Shown here in pieces: positions 11,776 to 23,789 of a stretch of DNA of 64,000 nucleotides. Source of the DNA: Octopus sinensis. Its lineage: Eukaryota. The notes beneath the pieces were generated by a model. It made no database searches. It worked only from the letters and a program-made list of their open reading frames with translations, and had not been told where the DNA came from. Position numbers and translations under genes: made by a program. The stretch covers positions 2,232,001 to 2,296,000 of the forward strand of contig NC_043001.1 of NCBI RefSeq assembly GCF_006345805.1. Reading direction: 5' to 3'. The first letter of the stretch is position 1; each line of letters opens with the position of its first letter.

Positions 11776-12902
11776 CATCCTGATCATAATGAATGTTGTT
11801 GTTGTTGGCATTTAGGTGAGAAGCCAGCCCTAATCAGGCAAAGGTGTGTTCTGGCCACAATCAGTTTGTGTATTTGTATCTGTCATTTGTTTCTAACAAT
11901 ATGGCTGAGGAAAAAACCTTGGGAGACATAGTGTTCAGCAAACCAAATTCACATATGGTAGAGTCTCACGTTCCTTTCAAATTTGACTGCTATTTCTAGC
12001 AAGTTGAGCAACCACACAGTCTTCGTTTTTGATTGTATCATTGTAAAAATGATTTGTGTATCTCTAGCATATTAGTAATCTCATTCTTCTGAGACAGTTC
12101 ACTTTCTGTCATCTGTGAATGATGGTAATATAATCGCAGACACTATTGTGTTCTAATGGATTCTGTTGAGACTGCTGATACTAGCAAACAAAATATTGTT
12201 TCTTGTTTATAGTTTTGTTGTTGTTGTTGTTGTTGGTGGTGGTGTTAAACCCCAGGTCAGCTCTAATCAACTTGAACCATGATCAAAGAGGTTTCAGTCA
12301 TGACCATCCAGTCTTTTTATTTTTAAGTCGTAGAGGATATAGGACCTCCTTATCCAAGTCATTCATTTTTAGAACAATGCAGTATCATGTGGCTATTATT
12401 ACTAGCTGGTTAGGTAACCACGTAGAGGTCTATCCCTGTTGCTGTGGCTGTTTGGGGTGAGCTAGTCCACCCTATAATGTACACACTCAATTATATCAAG
12501 TTGATTTCTGAGAGAGAAGTGGCTTCCCAAAGGACACAGCAAAGAAATAGGGAGAAAGGACTAAGCTTTCAGACAAATGTTCAGTATACGACAGACTCTA
12601 AAATCTGTGACTCTCAGTTGGAACTGGGAGTCAACATTAAGTTTAGTCCTTTAGTAATTAACATGCTAGTGCCATTTCGAAATCCCCTGTGGAGATGTCA
12701 CATGTAAAGCACTGGTGTTGGAACCATGACTAAAGCACTGGTGCTGATGTCAGGTGGAAAACGACCAGTGCACTTAGTAGTGTGGTTGGCATTAGGAAGG
12801 GCATGTGACGAGGGGGAAATGGGGAAAATAGATAGATAGATAGATAGATGCACACACACACACATATCTACATACATATGTATATATATGTATATATATA
12901 TA

Positions 12903-12946
<44 letters not shown>

Positions 12947-12952
<6 letters not shown>

Positions 12953-13102
12953 TATTCGAGACAAAACCACTATTTTGCAAAACAAACAAGGAAAGACTTA
13001 ATTAATACATAAAATTTTTTGACTATTTATTAAAATTTATGTATTAATTAAGTCTTTCCTTGTTTGTTTTGCAAAATAGTGGTTTTGTCTCGAATAATAT
13101 TT
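12947..13102. repeat. Perfect 67-bp inverted repeat with 22-nt spacer, inside a (TA)n tract
   Basis: 12947-13013 is the exact reverse complement of 13036-13102. Confidence 0.97.
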
Positions 13103-13262
13103 ATAATATTTTAATATAATCGATTTAATCCTAAATCTGATTTTTTCCTGTAAATTTGGATTTATTCCCTAATATTTATTATATATATATATATATATAT
13201 ACCTATATATATATATATATAATACATATATATACATACATGTAAATATACATACACGCATC

Positions 13263-13295
<33 letters not shown>

Positions 13296-13814
13296 ATGCA
13301 TTCACACACTCACACTTGCATATATGTACATGAATATATATATTTATACACACATGTACATGCAGATATCTATATACATACACATACATACATATATATG
13401 TGTTAATATATGTATGTCTATATTTATAACTACTCACACGTATATGTGTGTATGCCTTTCCGTCTGTGCCTATGCGTGTATGTGTGTGTATGCATATACA
13501 GGCATACTAAAGAATTTGTATAGTTTATTTGTATACACCAATAACCCTTATGTGCGTGTGTGTGATTATATATCTTTACATTTTGAAAGTGTTTCTTGGT
13601 GTTCACATTTTGGAACACACCTCCATCCTATGTTACATGTCATTAAAACAATGTATATGTCTCAAGGTGTGTTTTTTTGTCCGTATGGATGTGTCGTTAA
13701 GCATGCGTCTTTAAATATGTGTGTCTGGAAGTTAAAAAACATATGCTATGATGTGTAAATCTATGTAAGTGTATTTACTTACATATATTCTCCTCAAATT
13801 TCAAGGAAGAGAAC

Positions 13815-14090
13815 ATAATCAATGTTTGAAATTTGGATGAATAGGAGAATGTTACGAATCTGTTACAAGAAAAATCAGACAACGGAATGGATGTTACAAC
13901 AAGAAGATGAAGCACGAAAACTCTTGAATACTGTGGGAAAAAAAAAAAAAAGCTCATCTTTTATGGCCATATTTGAAGAAGCAGATGTTTGGAAAGCATT
14001 ATGATGGAAAGAAGGGTCAAGGGTAGCAGATGGAGTGGCAGACGAAGAATGCAATGGATGGACAATATCATGAACTGTTTGGACAAGAAT
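13815..14090 (+). mobile_element. RTE LINE 3' coding end (decayed)
   Basis: MFEIWMNRRMLRI..., RVKGSRWSGRRRMQWMDNI: the C-terminal extension typical of RTE ORFs. Confidence 0.75.
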
Positions 14091-14374
14091 GGTAAAGTAG
14101 GGGGGGAACTTGTGCATAATCAGGAAGATGTAATCTCTTCACTGTGCTGCTGGTGCATGACACTTCATCCCCATCATCATCATCATCGTCATCATCGTCG
14201 TTTGATGTCCGCTTTCCATGCCGGCATGGATTGGACAGTCCGACTGAGATGGGGTTGCCAGGAAGCTGCACCAGGCTCAATGTGTGTATTTGCTTACTTA
14301 TATATAAAAGTTATTGTGTATATATGGGTGTATATATGAATGTACTTGTACATGCATATGTGCATAAATGTATA

Positions 14375-15102
14375 CACATTTTGGAAAAATAACTCCCTAT
14401 TTTAAAATGCTTATAATTTATTTATCAACCATAGTTTTTTTCTCAAATTTGTTGTGTATGTTCTTTAATGTATGGGAATTGATTCCATGTTGTTTTATTT
14501 TAGATAGATTATTTTGTTTGAAATTTAGAAGCCCTGCAAACATGGCTGGATGTTTTACTGTGCAGGAGCGTGCACAGCTAGCTCCACATTACGAAGTTTG
14601 GAGATCAGTTGTTCAAGTACAAAGATGGTGGAGGACCATTAGAGGAAGACATGCTCAAGTTGATACAAAGATAATCAAGAATTGTCATGCAAAATTCATG
14701 ACTACAGGATTTGTAGCTGATACTTGAAGTGGTCGTCCTTCCAATTCATCAAGGTCCGCATGACTGGCTGGCCAGAAGCCCTGATTTAACACCCTGCGAC
14801 TGTTTCCTTTGGGGTTGATTAAAGGAGGAAGTCTTCTCGACCAAACCAATGACTTTGGAAGAACTTGAAGGGTGAATACGAGAAGTTATGACTTTCATTC
14901 CACAAGACTTCCTGATGAAATCAGTTGATGTGGTTCCCAGGCGGCGTCAGAAGCTGCTGGTGAATGCTGATGCCTATATCAAATTTTAAATAAAATTCCA
15001 TGCTATACACTTTCTTTACATATTCGTTTTTTTCCTAAAAATTATAGTTAATAAATATATTATAAGTATTTTAAAATAGGGAGTTACTTTTCAATCACCC
15101 TG
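14375..15102 (+). mobile_element. Tc1/mariner-superfamily internally deleted element with TIRs
   Basis: TIRs share aaaa(g/a)taactccctattttaaaat(a/g)cttataat and are TA-flanked. N-terminal ERAQLAPHYE..VQRWW..KFMTTG is joined directly to C-terminal ARSPDLTPCDCFLWG..EEVFSTKP. Confidence 0.88.
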
Positions 15103-15200
15103 TATATATATAAATATATACACACACACACACACACATATATATATGTGTGTGTGTGTGTGTGTGGTGTGTGTGTGTGTGTATACACATATATATACAC

Positions 15201-15260
<60 letters not shown>

Positions 15261-15294
15261 CAAATACATATACATATATACATATATATAGATA

Positions 15295-15328
<34 letters not shown>

Positions 15329-15934
15329 CAAATACATATACACACATATATATATATCTATATAAAGCAAATAAGTAACAAGACGTCCAGGTATCAGTGC
15401 ATTACAACTCCATTGAATCAATCAATGACAACATTACATCAATTTCAAATAAACCGCTCTCCTCGGACACATACGACTAAATAGATTTCCAACATGCAGG
15501 ATACTCCATTAGAATTTTCTAGCAAATTTTTCATCACAACTAGAGATGAAAATAATTTCATTGCTTCCTTTTGCTATTCTTGTAGCAGAATGGAGCTGCT
15601 TGAAATGGCTGTAATGCACTGATGCCCTGCACATCCTTCGTACTTGTTTGCTTTTTATTTCACTCTACTTTGGGCTGTGTAGACTATACGCACTGACTTG
15701 GTGCCTCAACTCAAGTACCTAATTCAACTGAATCTTAATTATTTCTTAGATGATGATTATCATCATCGTTTAACATCCATTTTCTGATGATGGTGATGAT
15801 GATGATGATGATGATGACGATGATATATATATATATATATAATAGTGTAATAAATAAAATATATGCATACATACATACATATATGTACGTACCTACATCT
15901 ACATGTATATATACATGCATATATAAATATATAT

Positions 15935-16300
15935 ACGTGAGTACAGGATACCACAAATAGACGTAGAACTCAACGAGAAACGAAAGCGTAAAAACAAACA
16001 TGGAAACGGACTTTTTTTTTAACAACGAAAAAACAGAGTACAAGACAAATAACACAAGGAAAATTCCCCCTTCATCAGCTGTCCCTAGTTCGACTCCATG
16101 CGTGTTTCGAAGGTGAGGACAGAACACGACTCGTCGAACTAGCCCTTCCTGCGAAAGAATTAAATAAAATTCCTTCGCAGAGGGGTAAAAACAAGGAAAG
16201 AAAAAAATGTGACAAAAACAGGACGTAAAAACGATACAAATAAAATTACAAAATAAAATACAAAATAAAAATACAATTACAAAAAATACAGTACAAAAAT
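15935..16300 (-). mobile_element. Young CpG-rich non-coding element in (TA)n, PLE-LTR or retrozyme-like
   Basis: About 365-bp island between (TA)-rich tracts, many intact CpGs, no ORF, two long hairpins and hammerhead core motifs. Confidence 0.7.
16066..16142 (-). ncRNA. Candidate hammerhead ribozyme with non-circular segment order
   Basis: Minus strand: CUAGUUCGAC GAGU CGUGU U CUGUCC UCAC CUUC GAAACACG CAUGGA GUCGAACUAG GGACAG CUGAUGA AGGGGG. Stem I is GGACAG/CUGUCC, stem III is ACACG/CGUGU and stem II is GGGGG/CCUUC. Confidence 0.7.
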
Positions 16301-16964
16301 AAATATATATATATATGTAATGGAGAAATTACCCAAAATGTATAAATAGATGATGAGTAAAGCAGTGGCACAGTTTTGATTCCCTGTTGTTATCTGTAGA
16401 TTTATTGCAGGAACTTCGTTAGTGGTGGTTGGGGTAACAGTATGGATAAAATAGATGAAAGGAGAAAAGATTTTAGGATACATATATGAAATAATTAAGA
16501 TTCTATATATATATATATATATTATATATATATATATATATATGAAATATATATATATATATGTATATATGCATGCATATGTGTATATGTGTATGTATAT
16601 GAGCGTGTTTATATATCTTCATTTATGATAGAAGATCAAAAATAAAGCCATAGATGCAAGAAAGAAAAGAGAACACAATACAGCGAGAAAAGTATTGAAA
16701 AATAACTGTTAACAGATATGGATGTATAAACGCCCTTGCACAGGCTGCATGGTGCATGTACACTCACTCATACAAGCATCCACGAAAACGTAAGCATATG
16801 CACACACGTGGTTTGTTGCACTCACAATCCAACTGGTGAGTTAGTTATTTACTTGGTGTTTTAATCAGAATGGGGAGGTTAAAAGTAAACTTAAGTCATC
16901 CATACCTTAAATTAAATTAAGTTAATGGTTATTCAAATTCATTCCCACTGCATTGTGTGAAAGT

Positions 16965-17510
16965 ACGTTTATATGTGTGAAGGCAACTTGAGAGTCTTCC
17001 AGAGATTCTGTTAATGATCTTCTCATTGGTCCACAGGATAGACAAGGATTTCTTGGAGCAGAGATGGCATCTCCTGGAAATTATATTGTATGTTTTCACA
17101 TGCCTTGCTATGAACGAGGTTATACTGTACTTACATTTATCCTCCTTCAGTCACCATACAAAATTGGCCAAACATGTGGATTGTCTCTAATGGATTGTCT
17201 TAAAGCTGGCGACATTGTTGCAATAATGATTCTTAAATGAATCAGCCATCTGCCCAATGTAAACATACGGCCTTCCCCTTGTGTGCATGGTACATTTATA
17301 TACAAGATTTGTACTCATGCAGAGGTTCATCAATGGGCATTTTGATTTTTCTCTGCATGAGAATTTACTGTATTTATTTGTATATATGGCAGTTCCATCT
17401 CCATTCTGCGACATTGTCACCATGTTAGCTAAATCATAAGTATTTCTACTTTTACAGTTTGACCGTAATTGGTGCTTCACATTGCTTCTTTTGGTTCTGC
17501 CTACCAAATC
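16965..17510 (-). mobile_element. Penelope-like element GIY-YIG endonuclease region (pseudogenised)
   Basis: FSCREKSKCPLMNLCMSTNLVYKCTM..PYVYIGQMADSFKNHYCNNVASFK, then LANFVW*LKE..RRCHLC..SCLHTYK. Confidence 0.85.
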
Positions 17511-19215
17511 TACTCAGAAAGCATTGTTCAGCCTGAGGCAATAGTAGAAGACACCTACGCAAGATGTCACGAGGTGAGACTGAACCTCAAACCATGTGGC
17601 TTGGATCAAGTGTCTTGCCACCCAGCCATAGCTTGTGCACATTCATAGATATGTCTTTTCTAATTCCAAGCATTTGTCAGGCTCTAATCAGAAGATGCAC
17701 GAATTTATTATTGGGAAATATCAATCAGACCAATCACGTAAATAGATTGTATATTGCACCTGAGCAAGAATTTAACCCATGGTCTATAGGTTAGTGGTTT
17801 AGCATCTTAATCATTCTGTTACTGTACATATGTGTCTGATGGACATGACATCGACTGTGTGGAAGCATTCTCTACCATGTAATAGAATTCATTAAGCGAA
17901 GATTGCTGAAATTTATATCATTGAAAGAGTGAAAATAAATAAACTAATTCCTCAGTGTTAAGTCAACCAGTTTGGCTTCAGAAATCTCACACATCTTACA
18001 GATTTATCAAATGCAGATACACACTTTAAATCAATTACATATACAAAACTAATAATTGATTGGGCACCTTTTCGAAGAAAACCATTATTGAAGTTCAGTC
18101 TTAATTTAACTTCAAACTGCTTGGAAATATTGCTATGAATCTTTGTGTCACTCAAGTACATTAATTAGAGAATATTATAACATTTCAATGAAAAGCAAGC
18201 AGGAAGAAATATTACATTGACTATCACATCACACATTCGTTTTCAACTATGCCCTCTTCTTCTGATCGAATGAGCTTTCTGAATGAAATTGATTGCTGGC
18301 TCCAGTGTAATGTAGCTGGTCTGAGTAATTTCATCAAAAGGTCTTCTTATGAAAGGCTTTTGTCTCTACATGTATATCTCTACATATGCCATATGCTAGC
18401 TCAAGTGATCCTTTGACGAGTTCCTCGAAAATGATTCCCAAAGCTTGAGTAGCATGTTCTTGAAAATATCCATTGATATCTTATCCTCAAACACAAATGA
18501 AAGACAAACAATATAAATATTCCACCTGTTTGTCTTTTATATTTCGGCTATCGACCGTTATGTGTATGATTCTTATCATTTGAAAAAGATTTGTTATCTT
18601 TGTAATAGATTCAATAAAATGTCTGGATATTACAAATCTCTCAATATAAGAGTTGCAGGTATTTATTACATGTAGGAGTTTGTGTGTGGCTGGCTGGGAA
18701 GGGTGGGAGTCGGGGGATGCCGTCCACATAGAAATTCATATTCAGATATACACATGCGTGCATATCTGTGTTGTCTAATGATATATTTGTGTCTGTGTAG
18801 AGATGTTTTTGATGTATGTACGACTATATAAATCTTGGTGTAGATCTTAATGTGTGTATACACACAAGAACAGGTCTCTTCATGCATGCATATGCATTAA
18901 ACATTATGTATACATGATGCATATATATATATAAACATAATATCCAGACCGTGCTAGTGTTGTCAATAGATGCATAATAATGATGATGATGATGATGATG
19001 ACGGTTATGGTGGTGGTGGCAATGACGATGACGATGATATATAAACACACACAGACAGACATATTTCAATAGCATTTGTGCCATTTCCTACGCACAGACA
19101 CATGTTCATACATCATCTGTTGAATGTTGCATATCCATGGACACAAAAGCATAAATATGCATAATCACTGAGCAATTTCTCTTTCTTCATACACACATTC
19201 ACACATACATACATT

Positions 19216-19251
<36 letters not shown>

Positions 19252-19824
19252 TACATATATACATACATACATTCACACATACACACACACACACATACAT
19301 ACATACATACATATATACATACATACATTCACACATACATACGTACATACACACATACATACATACACACATACACACATACATACATTCGCACAAACAT
19401 ACATCCATCCCTATATTTATTTGTGTATGTCTTTTATCTTCTCACTTGTGACAGTCGTTGGTCAGTGGCCATGCTGGGGCATCCCCTTGCCAGATGTCAG
19501 TCGAATGAATTGACTCCAGGGCATGTTTTTTAAAGCATGATACTTATTTTATCGGTCTCATTTACTCTACCACTAAGTACACACCACACACTCACATATG
19601 TATATACGATGGGCTTCTTTCAGTTTCCATCTGCTGAATCCACATGCATGCCTTGGATCAGCTTGGGGTTAAAATAGAAGACATTTGTCCAAAGTGTCTT
19701 GCAGTGGCACTTGAACCTGGAACCATGTGATTGGTTCTTACCACACAGCCTTACCTGTGCCTATACAATCTGTTGCTTCTTCCCTAAAATCTTGCCAAAA
19801 TACCAGGATCTAATAATAGACTCT

Positions 19825-20239
19825 ACTCTTTTTACTCTTTTACTTCTTTCAGTCATTTGACTGTAGCCATGCTGGAGCACCGCTTTTATTTGAGCAAATC
19901 GACCCCGGGACTTATTCTTTGTAAGCCCAGTACTTATTCTATCGGTCTCTTTTGCAGAACCGCTAAGTGACAGGGACGTAAACACACCAGCATTGGTTGT
20001 CAAGCAATGCTAGCGGGACAAACACAGACACACAAACATATACGCACTCACTTATATATATATATATACATATATACGACAGGCTTCTTTCAGTTTCCGT
20101 CTACCAAATCCACTCACAAGGCATTGGTCGGCCCGGGGCTATAGCAGAAGACACTTGCCCAAGATGCCACGCTGTGGGACTGAACCCAGAACCATGTGGT
20201 TGGTTAGCAAGCTACTTACCACACAGCCACTCCTGCGCC
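19825..20239 (-). mobile_element. SINE family A, full length
   Basis: Reverse complement of the 10056 copy, ending cacagccactcctgcgcc. Confidence 0.95.
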
Positions 20240-20440
20240 TGAGACTGTATGGTATAATCTATAATCTCGTCTTTAATCCACTTGTGATGATCTGTCATGT
20301 TGGTGTTGTTGTGCTTGTACAGCTGTGTTTGTGATGAATGCAAATGGCTGCCTGGGGCTACGAGTGAAACTAATTAACAACATTCCTGAACAATTAACAG
20401 AAGCTGTAATTACTGGTATTTTCAGTGTCCGTCGTTGAAT

Positions 20441-20800
20441 GTTTCCATCTAGGAAATCCTCTCACAAGGCCTGAGGCTATAGTGGAAGACATTTACCCAA
20501 GGTGCTATGCAGTGGGACTGAACTTGGAACCATGTGGTTGGGAAGCAAGCTTCTTGCCGCACAGCAACACCTGCACCTATGTATTTATTTTACACACACA
20601 CGCACACACACATGCAACAGGATTCCTTCAGTTTCCCTCTACCAAATCCACTCAAGGCCTGTGACTATAGTGGAAGACACTTGTCCAAGGTGCCATGAGG
20701 TGGGACTGAACCTATAACCATGTGGTTGGGAAGCGAGCTTCTTACCACACAGCAGCTCCTGCACCTATATATATATTTTTTTCACGCACACACACATGCA
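20441..20800 (-). repeat. Tandem duplication (about 187-bp period) of a SINE A head plus flank
   Basis: Both units share the same internal deletion (caaggcctg) and the same non-SINE flank (gcacctat..tttt..cacgcacacacacatgca). Confidence 0.8.
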
Positions 20801-20891
20801 CATCAATCAGATTCAGTAAAAAATGATTGACATGCTGATAATAACATTGATCCTAAGCTAAACCAGATTTGATTTGGGTTTAATAACAACA

Positions 20892-21400
20892 ACCAAAGCC
20901 TTGTGGGTGAATTTGGCTGATGGAAACTGAAAGAAGCCCTTTGTGTATATATATACAGTCAATTTAAATAAATAATCAGTTGAAATAACAACGAGTAACA
21001 CAATTAACAGACAAGAAGAAGACATGCAAAAGGAATGTGTTAGTTTATTGCTTGGGGAAAAGGGAGAGTTTGACATTTCGTGCATAGCTCTTTGTGAGGA
21101 AAGAGAAAAGGAAAAGTCTACCAAAGGAAAAGAAATTACCAACAGCACGAAGGATATATTTATGTGTGTCTTAGTATCTGTGTGTGTCTTTGTGTCATTG
21201 TTTGCTCTACAACCGGTATTGGTGTGTTTATGTCCCTTTAACTTAGTGGTTTGGCAAAAGATACTTAGAATAAGTACTATGCTTTAAGAAGTAAAATAAG
21301 TCCTGGGGTCGATTTGTTCAACTAAAACTCTTCAAGGTGGTGCCCCAGCATGGCCACAATGAAATGGCTGAAACAAGTAAAAAATAAAAGAGAAAAAGAT
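20892..21400 (+). mobile_element. 5'-truncated SINE A split by a ~200-bp insertion in its (TA)n linker
   Basis: SINE sequence stops at gaagccctttgtgtatatatatac (about 20957) and resumes at gatatatttatgtgtgtc (about 21155). Confidence 0.75.
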
Positions 21401-21569
21401 TCTCCAAAAGAGTTTTTTTAATTAAGTATTAAACCAGTTTAGTATTTGAAAAGATTTTAAGCTTTGGCTGCAGAAAAATTCCTGTGAAATTCTTCAATTT
21501 TGGTAAATCTCCTTCAAGACAATTTTCATTTCCAGTTACTCTTCCAAGGCAACGAAGCCACAAAAACGC

Positions 21570-21831
21570 CCCTGTCCAAGGACCCATGCTGATGCCACAT
21601 AAACGACATCCGTGCATACTCTGTAAAGCAGTTGACATTTGCAAGGGCATCCAGCCATTGAAACTATGCTGAAGCAGACAGATGGAGCATGGTGCAGCTT
21701 CCCAGCTCCTAACCATCCAACCTATGCCCACATGGAAAACAGACGGCAAATTAAAAGCTACTTGGGTTGCTGGTGATGATGATGATGATGACGACGACAA
21801 CAATGATGCCGACGATGATGATGATGACAAC

Positions 21832-21869
<38 letters not shown>

Positions 21870-22075
21870 CGATGATGATGATGATGATTTTGATCATGAT
21901 CATGACGCTGACGACGATGATGATGATGATGATGATGATGATGACGATGATGACGATGATGATCATGATGATCATGACCATGACGCTGATGCTGCTGCTG
22001 ATGATGATGATAATGATGACGACGATGATGATCATGATGATCATGATCATGACCATGACGATGATGATCATGATG
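21570..22075 (+). mobile_element. (GAT)n-tailed retroposon end with ~300-bp expanded (GAT/GAC)n tail
   Basis: aagggcatccagcc..catggaaaacagacggc followed by the long triplet tract; explains the poly-Asp ORF. Confidence 0.85.
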
Positions 22076-23039
22076 GTCTTTGTTTTATAAATACCTGTTC
22101 CTTTTATTTAAATTACTTTTATTTCACTATATTTTGTTTCACCTGAGGTAATTTGAAATTCATTTTAAATCCATTTTGTGTTATTTTATCTCTACCTTTT
22201 GAGGCTATTTCATTTCAAATTTATTTTTAGAAGCAATTTTAATTTATTTCGCTATTTTTTAGAATTCTGTATTTTCATTATTTTATGACCTTATGGTTTT
22301 ATGTATTTTTATTAATTCCTAAAATATAAATTTATAATATTTTATCACACATTTTTATTACATTTTTTGCATCAGATAATGAACTTTTTATCATCTGTAT
22401 TACTTATCAGTCAACCACACACCTCCTCCTCATCATCATCGTCGTTGTCATCTTCCTTGTTGTTTGATGTCCATCTTCCAGCTAGCATGGGTTGGATGGC
22501 CAGATGAGTTTCAAGGCTGCATCACGCTCCAATGTCTTCCTTGGCAATTTTTTTCCATGGCTGGATGCCTTTCCTAACATCAACCACACACCAGTGCTAG
22601 GTGAGGTCACATACACCTTACATGATTGAGATACACACACACACACATCTGTATAGATTGAAAATTTATTTCCATTTCTCTTTTTATATATGTGTGTGTG
22701 TGTGAGGATGTGTGCATATACATGTGGATATGTGTATACATGTGTGTGCATCATTGTACTTATTAGAAGCCATACTAAATTAAAATAGCCATCTTTGTAT
22801 CATACTTAATGAAAATACATTATTGATGGGCAAATTTACTGTAGTATGTTTTCAGAGGTGAGTACGAGATAGATGGGGACTATTGAAAGGGGCAAAACCC
22901 TGCAAAATATGGCATATACGCTCAATACCCATTTTTGTCAAGTGGCTGTCAAGAATTCTGGATGTATTTTAGCCAAGCTAGGCCTTATTGATGGAATGGA
23001 CTCATAGACAACCACAAGACCGAACGTGGTGCATCACTT

Positions 23040-23265
23040 TTGATATAGAGGAAGCAGTGATCTGGCAGAAATGGTTAACTGCAATCTGGAAGATGTGATT
23101 AGTGATGTTTTGTCTGTGTTTATATTCTGAGTTGAAATTCTGCTAGGATCAGCTTTACCTTTCATCTTTCTGGGGTCGATAAAATAAGTAGCAGTTATGT
23201 ACTGGGGGGGGGTCGATGTAATCAGCTTAACCCCCTTCACAAATCTGTTCACCTTGTGCCAAGAA
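23040..23265 (-). mobile_element. SINE family B
   Basis: Family B motifs (ctggcagaa, ctgagttgaaattc, ggggtcgataaaataagta, ccttgtgcc). Strand was assigned by eye and is uncertain; these motifs read on the plus strand. Confidence 0.6.
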
Positions 23266-23305
23266 CTGTGAATGACCACCAAGCTGAATAAAAATATGTT
23301 ATACA

Positions 23306-23690
23306 GGTGCATGAGGGGCTGTGTGGTAAGTAGCTAGCTTACCAACCACATGGTTCCAGGTTCAGTCCCACTGCATGGCACCTTGGGCAAATGTCTTCTA
23401 TTATAGCCTCAGGCCAACCAAAGCCTTGTGAGTGGATTTGGTAGACGGAAACTGAAAGAAGCTTGTCATATATATGTTCGTGTGTCTGTGTTTGTCCCCC
23501 CAACATCACTTGACAACCGATGTTGGTGTGTTTATGTCCACATAACTTAGTGGTTTGGCAAAAGAGACCAATAGAATAAGTACTAGGCTCACAAAGAATA
23601 AGCCCTGGGATTGATTCGTTTGAGTAAAGGCGGTGCTCCAGCATGGCCACAGTCAAATTATTGAAAGAAGTAAAAGCGTAACAGAATAAC
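23306..23690 (+). mobile_element. SINE family A
   Basis: ggggctgtgtggtaagtagc..ggttcagtccc head through the gcggtgctccagcatggcc tail. Confidence 0.92.
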
Positions 23691-23789
23691 AGAAGCTGCA
23701 TCAAATGAAACTAAATAAATCTCTCTGTCGTAATTGATGTGTTTTTGTGTTTTCTTTTCCTGCAGACATTTATATTTGAATAAGTTAAA

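Noticed and set aside
18240-18500. Several 40-50 codon open frames on the minus strand
   Set aside because: No good splice sites and no recognisable motif.
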